Origin: Geosiphon pyriformis uo1
Taxonomy: Eukaryota > Fungi > Glomeromycota
NCBI GenBank assembly: GCA_016748015.1
Contig: JAAOMT010000071.1
Location: 186,001-250,000 of the forward strand
Direction of reading: 5' to 3'
Length of the DNA stretch: 64,000 nucleotides
Of the stretch, positions 37,411-49,060 are shown piece after piece (within the stretch, counting starts at the first letter, position 1; each line of letters begins with the position of its first letter). The translations under genes and the position numbers were made by a program. The notes below the pieces were generated by a model. That model was not told the origin of the DNA, made no database searches, and saw only the letters and a list, made by a program, of their open reading frames with translations.

Positions 37411-39239
37411 TGTTGCCTTGACTTGGCTTAAGTGGCCAGTCACATGTTAACAATACATAAGCCATGCTTAATTTGGAGTCTTGTTGATTCTATGTACTTA
37501 GGTAGTGGTTGGGCTGTACTTGTAAAAGCTGAATAAAAAAAAAAAAATTAAATTAAAAAATTTTGTAAATTTTAATAATTATTATAAGTTTAATATACAA
37601 TTAAACTTTTTTAAATACATATTTTCTAAATATATACTTTTTTTAAGTACATAGTTTTTATTGTTTTATAATAAAACTTATAAATAAATACATATTATTT
37701 TTTAGATTTATTTATATATAATGTTTTTATAATATATATATATTATAATTATATTTAAATATTGTAAAAATTAATATTATTACAATAAAATTTTTTTTTA
37801 TTTAAAATTTAATTAAACATAACAAAATAAAATATTTATTTTTTAAACTATTAATATATTAAATAATAAGTAAAAACTTGTAATAATTATATTTAAAAAC
37901 CAATATTTAAGCATTAATAATGTTAATCTTATTAATTAATAAAAAATTTAAAATTAATTATTATTAATTATTTAATAAAATAAAATAAATTATGAAAATA
38001 TTTTTTATAAAAGACAAAAAATTATTCAATATTTAAATATAAAATATATTACATAAATAAATTTTACAATACTAAAATAAAATAATAATAACAAATATAA
38101 TTTTAACAGAAAAATAAAAAACTTTACATAAACTTAAATATATTTAATATTAATTTTAAGTTTATTATAATTAATTAATTAAATTTAAAAAAACATAGAC
38201 TTATAGAAATAAAAAAATAAAAAAAAATGTTTTTATAAATTATATTATTATTATTATTACAATTTTTTAATTAAAAAAATTTTTAAAAAAATTATATATA
38301 ATATAAATAAAATTTATTTATTTTATTAAAATATAATTAATATTTAATTTATATTAAGAAAAATTAATTAACTGTAATATTTTGTGTTAATATAAACAAA
38401 TTTAATAAATTAATTAATTATTATTGGTAAATATCTTAATTTATATTGTTTTAAAAATATAAATTAAAATAATCTTAATATTATATATAATATAAATATT
38501 AAAACATAAATAATATAAGTATTATTTTAAAAAAATTAATATAAAAATAACTGCTTATAAAAAATTTTATTATTTAATAATATATTAATAATTTAAATAT
38601 TAATAAAACAATTATTTACTTTTTTCTTAATATAAAACTAATACTTTTTTTAATTTACAGAAAACTATATATATAGCTAAATTACATAATATCTACATAT
38701 TATATTAAGACTATTTTAAGTATATTAATATATATTAAATTAATCAATTTAATTATAAACTTACTCAACATATTAATTTTTCAAAAGTTAATAATTTAAA
38801 TAATCAAATTTAGATGACTAAATTTAAAACTGTAATTATATATTATTAATATTAATTATGATTATAATTAATATAATCAAATATAAATCAATTAATTATA
38901 TTTTTGATAACTATTTTTGAATAATAATTACAGATCTAGAATATTAAATTATATAAATAAAAACATATAAGAATTTTGGAGTATAATAAAGTCTATTATT
39001 ATTAATATATATATATTAATCTTTAATTTTTATTAATATTTCTTAGTTTGCTAAGATTTTTTTATATTTAATTTAATTAAACAATTAGATTGTACTATAT
39101 CTTTTTGTTATTATTAAGCTAATTACTAATCTTTTATTTTTTATTTGCCAGTTAATTTTGTTAATTAAATATAATAATATAAGCTTTTTTTACATAATTT
39201 CAATAATAATTTTTATAGTATATATTATAATTTTTGCAT

Positions 39240-42200
39240 TAAAAAACTGTAAAAATTTTTGGTAATATTAATTAGTTATAAATACTTTTTATACTGTTTT
39301 TTGTACTATTTTATTTTAATTAAATAATAATAACAATAAGCAAATAATTACTTATGTTAGCAAAATATTAAACTAACAAAAAAAAATTATTTTACTATTA
39401 AATTAGAAACAATGGTAATAATTTAAACTTTTTATTATTTTAATCTGTACCTTAAATTCAAAAAATTTAATATTATTATTAATAATATTAAACTTAAATA
39501 GCTATAAACCAAAATTAGAAACTTCAAATATCATCCAATTTAATTAACAGCAATAAACAACAAACAATAGATCTTAAAAACTACAATAATCTTAAACAAT
39601 ATTTAAAAACACTTATAATATTAGAAAATTGGTTTCTAAGTAAAAAACATTAATTATAATAACAAGCAAAACAATATTTTCTATACAATAATATTATTTA
39701 TTATTAAAATTACTAAAACTTAAACAACTTATTCAAAGTAATTTAAAGACACAAAAAAAACAATTTTATATAATATATACTTAAATTTTTCATTAGTATA
39801 CTTTGAAAAAAATAACACAATTTAAAAAATATTAGAACATTATTTTTGGTTTAAATAAAAAAAATATCTACTAATATATTGAATTTTGTAATAATTGTTA
39901 AAAAAAAACATATTCCACAAAGTTTCTAAATTTAATTAAAGTTGGATAATTTTTTAATTAAGTTAATATCAATTTAATTAAACCATTACTTATTATAATT
40001 CAAAAAACTAATATATTATAATTACAATAAACTATTTGATAAATAACCAAAAGCAAAAATGATTTAATAAACAAATGCAAAATCAGTTGTAAATTTTATC
40101 TATAAAAATATTATTTATAAACATAAATGCTTAATTAAACTTTTATTTAATTAAAAAACACATTTTGTAAACAATTTAATATTAAGAAACCATTATTTTT
40201 ATTTTATTATCCACAAACAAACAAATTTGTAAAATAGTTTAACAGAATATTTTGTAAATAATTAGCCAAAATCTCAACAAATTTTGAGCAAAAATGAGAT
40301 TTTTTATTTTATTAGTATTACTAATATATAGAATATTAAAACAAAATATCATAAAACACATATTATTTGATCTAACTTACAAAAAAACAGCAATATTACT
40401 AATTAATTTTATGATAAAATCTTATTTAACTTAGCTAATTATAGAGAGCAACTTTTAGAAAATACTATAAAAAAAAGTCTATACACTTTTTAACATACTA
40501 AAATAATAATAAATTATAGCTACTTATATAAAATATTTTCAAATCTAACAAAAAAAACAGCATAATAACAAATTACTATTAACTATCAATAAAGTTAAAA
40601 ATAAAGTTTTTTTATATAAAACTAAGGCTAAAAAACAATAAAGTAGAAAATTTAATAATAAATAAGATAAATTATTTATATATAAAAAATTTTAAAAAAT
40701 AGATTATACAAGTTAAGACTTAATAATAAAATTTTAAAAAAAGTTATATATAATAATAGATTAAAATAATATAATTTTAGAACCAATTCTAACTTTTAAT
40801 TCTATAAATTAATACAAAATTCTTTTTGGTTAACTTTAAAAATATTTTTTAAAACTTAGAACCAATAATTATTATTAAATAACTTTTAACTTAAACATTT
40901 AAAATTTAATTTTTTCTATAGTTATTTTCTATATTTTAGAATCAATTTTACAAAAACAAAACAAAAATAACATAAAAACTTTGCATACCAAAAATAATTT
41001 TATTTATTTATATTTTTATTAGTTATTATGACTATTCCTTAAAACATTTAATAATTATCTCAAAAATTAATTTTAGTTTTAAAAATACTACTCGAATTAT
41101 TCATAATTATTACTAAAAAACATATTAATTACATTTAGACAAAATTAGTTACTTTTTTAACTATCAATTTATAAAATTATTTTTATAAAAAAAAACAAGA
41201 AGTTATTCTAAAATTCACTTATTAAAACTTTTAAAACAAGTTTTAAGAAAGAATTTAATATTTATTTTTATTGATATTTTACCAAATATCACAGTTCAAC
41301 AAAAACTTTAATAGTGTTTTAATGAACAAAACAACAAATACTCTCTAATTTATAAATATTATTATATTAGAAAAACACTTTACAAAAAAAGATTAAAGTT
41401 TAAAACAGCAAATTTTATAGTTAAAGCCATTTAAAAACAACTTTACAACAAATTTAAGATACAATTAAACTAATAAATACTTTTTACAAACTTAAAACAG
41501 CTTTTAGACTTTATAATCTATTTTACACTTGTAAAAATATTCTACAAAACTCAATTTAACAACTCTTAAAGATTCAATATATTAGAAAGTTCACAAAACT
41601 AAATTTTCAATAATTTTCAGACCAAATTTTTTCAATAATTTTAGATTATTATTTGAAAATAACAAATAATATTTGAACTTTAATAAAGCTCAATATTGAA
41701 AAGAAAATTATGCTACCAGCTAAAATTTAAAATATTATTTAACATAAAATTATACTTATAATTTCTATTATTAAGTAACATATATTATTGTTTCAATCTA
41801 TTACTTATTATTTTATCAAATTATTTGAATTATTATTTAATTAATAACTTAATTTATACAGAATACAAATATAACCAAATTGTAATAATTAGATTATACA
41901 ATACACTAAACTATATAATAGTTAAAATTTACCGAAATATTTAATAATTTGACAAAATATTTAACAGTTCAATAAAATAATTTATAGTTTGCAAAAATAA
42001 CTTGTAATTTAACAAATATATTTTTAATTTACTGAAAAATTAAAAAAAATACTGAATTATGAAATAATATTATAACAAATTATATAAAAAAAAGCTTTTT
42101 TCTTTAAGAAAATATTTTAATTAGCATCTTTCTTACAAATTTTAATAAATCTTATTTCGAAAAATATAAAAATTTTTAATTATTTCTGTTCAAAATAAAT

Positions 42201-42666
42201 TATTTTATACTAACAGTTTGAAATTGATTACTTATTAATTTTAGTAATTATTAATAACTTTCGAGTCTGAATTTAAAATAACTTAAACATTTTTTATTTC
42301 TGTTTTTTATTTTATTTATTTTATTTATTTTAGTTTCTTTTATATTATTAAGTAGTCTACAATCAAAATTTTTTGTAAAAAAATTAACTTTTATAGCAAA
42401 TTAATTATACATATTTTAAAAAACTTATAAATAAGATTTTTTTGTAAAAAAGTTGATTTTTACTGTAAATTAACTATATAAGTAATTGGCATAATATTGG
42501 CTATTTTATTATAAATTCAACAACATATATAATTCAAAGTATAAAGAGATATTTTACAAGAAAAATTAGCTTATTGAAAGTTTATTGACTTCTATTAATA
42601 GCAAAATTAATAACAAAATAATATTAATAATATTAAAAAAAAAAAAAAAAATTTTTTTTGATAATA
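39240..42666 (+). mobile_element. Highly eroded 3' half of a family-A-like Gypsy element (copy A3): RNase H remnant, integrase, downstream ORF, 3' LTR ~41711-42666
   Basis: 39570-40760 aligns with the A2 integrase (62761-64000). PPT-like GAAAAGAAAATTA precedes TGCTACCAG at 41711, which matches the LTR A start. Confidence 0.7.
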
Positions 42667-43604
42667 CTAATTATCAATCTTTTTTAATCTAATATCTAAA
42701 ATTATATAAATATATTTACAAATATATTGAGTTTAGAGCTGCAAAAAAAAGAAGTTATAAAAATTAGAACTATTAATTATCTTTATAAACTTTTAAATTT
42801 AAAATATAATAAATATTTTTTTCGTATTATTTTAAATAATTATTTATTGTTATATTAATTAACTATAATATTAGCAAAAACTTATTATTATTTAGCCAAT
42901 ATTGTAATTGTTTTTGTTTTACAAAATAAAAAAAAATATTTTAATAAACACTATTGTTTTATTTTAATAAAAAAGTTAAATAATTTGCAGTTTTATTTTC
43001 TATCTAATTTGTAATTATTTTATAAAACAACAAAACTAAAATTTTTTTTGGTATTTTTATAGTTGAAAAAAATGCAAAGTTTTCAAAAGTTAATTATATA
43101 ATCAGGTCATAATTTTTCAATTAATATAAAACAAAAGTTGATTTTATTAGTTTATTTGCTAATAAACTTAAGTAATACAAATGATATCTTTTATAATAAT
43201 TAATTATAATTTTTATCTATTTATAATATAAAATTGGTATAAGTTTTATTACTTATATAAATAATTTAAATTCATTAATACAAAATATTTACTTTAATAA
43301 AATATTTAAAATTAATAATTAAATCAAATTTATTTGAATTTTTTTAATTAATAAAAACTCAAACAAAAATTTTTATTATATAAAAAATATTTTTGAATAT
43401 TGTAAAATGTTTTATGTATTTGTTTTTAATTATTTTTTAATTAATACACATGTTTTTAGTAAATCAATATATAAATAAAATAACTAACAGAGCTGTATCA
43501 TTGGGGCTTGTTTTTTTTGTGAATATTAATGAGAGATTTTTGTTGGCTAATAGTAAAATAGTATCTGAAAATGCATAGCATTTTGTTAAGTTGGCTTATA
43601 ATAC

Positions 43605-44271
43605 TATTATGGGTTGGAGTAACAAGTTAATAGATAGCAAGGGAGAACAAGATTATAGGGTAATAGAAATAATCAAAGGGAAATTCAACTTCAATGAGCA
43701 AATTGAATGACTATGGATTCAATGTGCGAGATTAGTCTCATAAAATATCTCAGTTGCTATTCTTTTCAAAAGGTAACAAGAGAATCTGAAGGTAGAGGAA
43801 TAGTCCGTACTGTCAACAATTGATCACTACTGATATAATTCTATGCCTCACGTTGATGCTCTTAGAATTCAATATTTGGTATTAACTTGTGCTTTTCAGT
43901 CACGTTTATTCAAATAATCTTCAAATGCTACAATTATATACATCAAGAAAAGGCCAACAAGTAATCTTTTATCCTAAGATGTTCAGATACTTGAAGGTAG
44001 GGAAAGGGAAATTAGCGATAAGAGAGTGATTGAGATGAAAGTTGTTATTTTTATTTATTTGATTCTTGTCTAAGAGATGATTTTCTATAGCTAAGAGACT
44101 TATTGCTTATATAGCTAATGAAAGTGGTCAACAATCAGATCAACGACTAGGTCAATGATCAGGTCAATGATTAGGTCAATGATTGCTATCTAAAAATAGA
44201 GTGGCTAATTATATGACATTAGTGGCTAATACATGTGATAACTAATAAAAATTATGGGTTCAACCATAACA
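43605..44271 (-). repeat. 3' LTR of element C (667 bp)
   Basis: Aligns end to end with 50657-51300; PPT GGAGAGGATAA adjacent at 44282-44272. Confidence 0.95.
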
Positions 44272-44330
44272 TTATCCTCTCCAAAGAGATTAAGCTCTGG
44301 CAAAATCAAGCTATTTATAGGATATTCTAA

Positions 44331-44993
44331 TTAAAGGGTTTTGTTTAACTCAAAACTAACTAGTTTGTTGAAGTCTTTTGTGGATAGAATGTATAGTACT
44401 TGAGACGAAATAAGCTTTGTATCCAAGAGACCAAATCTTTGTATAAGAGTTTTGGCTCTTCTTGCAATGGTCAAAACTCTTGAGACATCTAAACATATAA
44501 TGCCCAAAATTTCCACTTGTATCTCTGAAATTGTTTTCTTTATGAGCTTTATTTCTTCTATGATTTCACCAAGATGACCATAGAGTTCTAGTTGTCTTCC
44601 ATATGACAAGTTTTTGTTTATGGGCAAGATTTCTTTAATTATTTTTCCAATTGTCATGAAAGGTGTAAGTATTGCTGCTGTTATGCTTTCCAGCAAATAC
44701 TTATCCATTTTGCTACCAATTCTTTCTCTTCTGGTAGTGGTTTTCTTTGGTTTAATAACAGTATGTGTTCTACTGTTATCAGTTATGGTGGTTTGTTTTC
44801 CAATAGTCAGAGTAGCATTTGGATAATTTTTGATCCAGTACTCATAGAGAGTATAGAAAATGTTTTGAATGTTTTGATCTAAGAAATAATTGTTCATGTC
44901 AATTAAAGATACCTCTGTTTTGGGAATAGTGCATTTATTTATATCTGATTTTTGTTGATTATTTGGATCAGTATTATCACAACAGGTAACCAA
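44331..44993 (-). CDS. Uncharacterised extra ORF downstream of integrase (ORF3), up to 220 aa; first ATG gives MNNYFLDQ
   Basis: Stop-free frame between integrase and the PPT; motif-level similarity to ORFs at the same position in families A and B. Confidence 0.7.
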   Translation of the reverse strand: MVTCCDNTDPNNQQKSDINKCTIPKTEVSLIDMNNYFLDQNIQNIFYTLYEYWIKNYPNATLTIGKQTTITDNSRTHTVIKPKKTTTRRERIGSKMDKYLLESITAAILTPFMTIGKIIKEILPINKNLSYGRQLELYGHLGEIIEEIKLIKKTISEIQVEILGIICLDVSRVLTIARRAKTLIQRFGLLDTKLISSQVLYILSTKDFNKLVSFELNKTL

Positions 44994-45049
44994 TCAGGTC
45001 ATTTGTGATATTTCTTGAGTCGTGTGCTATAAACAAGGCAATCATTAAA

Positions 45050-46267
45050 GATTGTTTTATATTAATCTTGTAAGATATAAGAACTATTGTTCAAAACTTT
45101 GTTGACTATAAAGGATTCTTTTCACCGGCTAGAGAATTTATCACTATAGACATTGTCTCTGTCTAAATGGTATTCTAAAACTAAGTCACCAACACTTAAG
45201 AAAAGTGTTTTATATGTTTTCTTTTTCTTAAGCTTCTCTTGGAATTGTTTTATCTTTTCAAAGGCAATTATCTGTGCTTCTACTAATGAGTCAAAAATAG
45301 TACCAAGTCTTCTTTGCAAAATGTCTTTGTAATTCCCTATTGTTATTTTTTCAAAGGGTATTGTCTCAATGTCAGTTTCTATTGGTAGGGTTGCCATTTG
45401 TTCATAGAATAGATAAAAGGGTTCATAACTTGTTATGTCATGATTCACAATTCTATAAGCAAACAAAGCTGAAGGCAGTATTTTGTTCCATAAGTTTGTT
45501 TCTTCACTGGTTTTGGCTAGGGTTTCACATAGTGTTCTATTGAAATGTTTCACTAGACCATTTATTTGGGGGTGATAAGGAGAAGAGAGTTTATGATGTA
45601 TTTCCATTTTTCTGCAAAGTTCTTCAACCAGTGTACTGAGAAAAGCTCTTCTTCTATCAGATAAAAGTTCTTTGGGGCAGCCATGGTGACAGATAATATC
45701 TTCATAAATGAAATTGGAAATTGAAACTGCTGTTTGATCTGGGGTGGCTCTTGCTTTTACCCACTTTGTAAGATAGTTGGTAGCTGTGATAATGTATCTG
45801 TTGCCATCAGGAGTTACTGTTAAAGATCCAACAACATCTATACCAATTCTGTCAAATGGTTGACTAACAGAGATTGGATAGATATCTTCCTTGCGATTGG
45901 GTTTTCTTCTTCTTTGGCAGGTATTACAGGTTTTGATGTATTCAGCAATGTCTTTTTCCAAGGTAGGCCAATAATAGTGAGCTAAAGTTTTCTGAATCGT
46001 TTTTGTTTTTCCAAAGTGTCTAGCTAATGAATCAATATGCATATTGTAGATCACAATTTCTCTTTCTTCAAATCTAATGACTCTTTGGGTACAGTCAAGA
46101 TCTTTTCTATTTCTTTTATATAACTGGTTCTGGTGAATCAAATAGAAATTTGATTGTTTGTGCAAATGTTCTCTTTGCTGTCGAGTATAGTCCAGTGGGT
46201 ATTGTCCTTTACCCAAAAATTTCATTAAGGCAGAGTAGTTGTCCAAGTCTATTATTATGTTTGTCAA
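45050..46267 (-). pseudogene. Integrase of element C
   Basis: HHCC (H...HFG...CNTC), GIDVVG and LSD present; the catalytic Glu reads Lys (NGLVKHFN). Confidence 0.92.
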
Positions 46268-46318
46268 AAAGGGAAATTACTAATAATTAAGTTGGTTTGG
46301 TTTGAGAAGATTGTTCTG

Positions 46319-49055
46319 TCACTGGATGGTAAGTCTGGAGAGAGCATCAGCGTTTTGATGATTAGCTCCTTTGCGATATTGAATATCATAGTCAAATTCA
46401 TCCAAGTGGAGTATCTAGCAAGTTATCCATTTATGTTCCAGATTTCTTTTGTTGCGTAGCCAAACCAAAGCTTGGTGATCTGTTACCACCAAAAATTTCA
46501 CACTCTTAAGATATTTGTCTCAGTAGCTGGTAGGCCAAACTACTGTTAAGCATTCTTGCTCAGTAACTGAGTAGTTCCTTTCTGCTGGTGTGAGAGTTCT
46601 ACTGGCATATGCTATGGTATGTTCCCTGCCATCTTCGTCTTTCTGGGAAAGAACAGTGCCAAGTCCATAGCCAGATGTATCAGTATAGAAAATAAAAGGT
46701 CGATCCAGATTAGATTGCATGAGAATGGGTTCTGTAACCAGTTTTTCCTTCAGAATTTCAAATGCTTTTTGTTAATGAGTGCTCCAGTGATAATTGATGT
46801 TTTTCTTAAGTAGCTAATTGAAAGGAGCGGCAATTTTGGAGAAATCCTTGACAAACTTGTGATAATAAGAGACCAAACCAAGAAAAGAGTGTAGTTCATG
46901 AACATTCATTGGTTGTCTAATGTTTTAAACTTTTTCAATTTTGGCTGGATCAGGGAAGATTCCATCTTTTGTAATAAGATGACTAAGGAACTGGGTGGAT
47001 TAACGTCCAAAGAATGATTGGATTGGATTGATCTTGAGGCCAGCATTTCTAAAAAAGTCAAAAACCTTTTGCAAATATTCAAGATGTTTATCCCAGGTTT
47101 TTGAGTATACTATTATGTCGTCCAAATAGACTAGAACAAAGTTTTCTTTTGAGTATACTATTATGTCGTCCAAATAGACTAGAACAAAGTTTTCTTTTAC
47201 TGATTCAAATACTTTGTCTATTAAGTGTTGAAAGGTAAGAGGAGCATTTGTGAGACCAAAAAGCATGACTGTAAATTCATAAGTGCCATACTTGGTGATA
47301 AAAGCAGTTTTTTTTCTGCTTTCTGGATCCATCTCTACTTGCCAGAATTCAGCAGTTAAGTCAATGGTTGAGAAGAAAGCAGCACCATGGAATTGGTCTA
47401 GCATTGCATCAATCTTGGAAAGTGGGTACATGTCTCTTTCAGTAATGGCATTTAATTGGCGATAGTCAACACAAAAGCATAAGGTTCCTCCTTTCTTGGA
47501 TACCACTACAACCAGAAATGCTCATTCACTCTTGGTTTCCTGTATGAATCCAAGGTTTTTCATTCGGGTTATTTTTTTTTTAATAAACTCATCATTGTGC
47601 CAGTTGGATTGATAGGGCTTCAAATAGATGGGATAAGTTACTCTAGTAATGATGGTGTGTTGTATCACATGTGTACATCCAGAAGGTTCACCTTCTTTTG
47701 AGATAACTGGGCTGTTTCTAGCCAGCAGGTTTTCAATGTCTATCTTTCTTTCTTCTGAAGAGGGTTCTCTTTGTTCTACAACCAGTAATTGGATTTCAGG
47801 TGGTTTGTTTTCAATGAACTTTTGGACTTTTTTTATTTCCTCATGGGGTATCAAGCTGATTGGTTCCCAATCTTTGTAATAGATTAGGCAGAACATGCAT
47901 TCATTGCTAGGAGAATACAATGGTTTGTCACACCAGCACCGGGCACAAGAACCATGCTACCAATAACTGTATTTGGCTTTCTTGCCTGGCTTTCTGTTAA
48001 AGATTCTTCTGAGCATGTCATAATAAGGCCAGCAGATCAGCTTGCCATTGACAATGATTTCTTTTTTATCTGTCTTGACATTATCCAGTGGTTTGCCATT
48101 GCTGGTGAAGATAATATAGGCGAGTTCAGCAGTTTCTTCTTGTTCTTTTTGTTCTTCTTCTTTCTCACTTTTTTCATTATCTGATTCGTCTAATTTATTT
48201 TCTTCTGGGCTCTGCTTGGGTACTGGGGAATTTGTCCAATGGCGACATTTAACCACAATGGGTTTCTCACCACATCTAATGATTAGTTTACAGAGTTCAT
48301 AATTAAGCAAAGCTTTTGTTTTCTTGAGCTATTTATTGCCAACAATGATGGTGTATTCTTTCACTTCAGATACTTCCATATCAGTTTCAATGCTGATGCC
48401 ATTGATGTGGACAGGAATAGCTTTGGCTATGCCAAGTCTTTTTTTCTTATCACTATGCACATTAATCATTGGTCATGTGGATGGTTCATCAATTTTTCTG
48501 CCAATTGCTTCAAGAAAGTGTTTAGCAATAACACTAACAGATGATCCACTGTCTAGGATCAAATTGATGAAATAGTCAGCCACTTGGGCTTTGCAAATTA
48601 GAGAAGTGACATTGCTATTGTCAGCAAGTCCAGCTTGGCGAGGGCATTTGTTGGTTTTGGGTGTCTTTTTCTTTGGAATCAGAGATTTGCAAAGATTTTT
48701 TCTAAATTGTGGATGGGTCATCAATTGGCCAAAGATTATATGTGCTGGGGTTTCCATGAAATCTTTGACAACAGAATAGGGGCCGTATTTTTGTACTATT
48801 TCTGGGGATTCCAACTTTGGAGAATTCTTGAAAACTTTGGCTTTTGGGGGCTTATTGTTGTCAGCAATTAATGTAGAAGCTTTATTGGGGTCCAAAACGA
48901 AATCAACTTTGGCTTTCTTCTTTTTTCTTGTAGATTCAGAGGGGTTGATTGCTAGTTCATTCATGTTATGGTTATTATCAGTTAAGTTAAAAGTGTAAAA
49001 GGGGTTTTTTTCTGGTTGGCTTGCACTCTCACCCTTTGGAGATGCACCTACCAGT
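46319..49055 (-). pseudogene. pol of element C: protease, RT, RNase H
   Basis: LILDSGSSVSV; FCVDYRQLN, FGLTNAP, YLDD; YTDTSGYGLG, YASRTL, ERNYSVTEQE, NADALSR. Confidence 0.92.
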
Positions 49056-49060
49056 TTAAA
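49022..49060 (-). promoter_or_regulatory. Candidate -1 programmed ribosomal frameshift signal (U UUA AAC plus stem-loop) joining gag and pol
   Basis: Heptamer is in the gag frame 2 codons before the gag stop; 7-nt spacer; stem TGCATCTC/GAGAGTGCA; the -1 frame is open into the protease ORF. Confidence 0.8.

Larger units (their letters stand above)
30711..37544 (+). mobile_element. Full-length LINE-3rd, most decayed
   Basis: Shared 5' end (AAAAAAAACTTCTTTCTCTC), 3' UTR and poly(A). Probable TSD AAATTAAATTA at 30700-30710 and 37545-37555 (low complexity). Confidence 0.9.
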
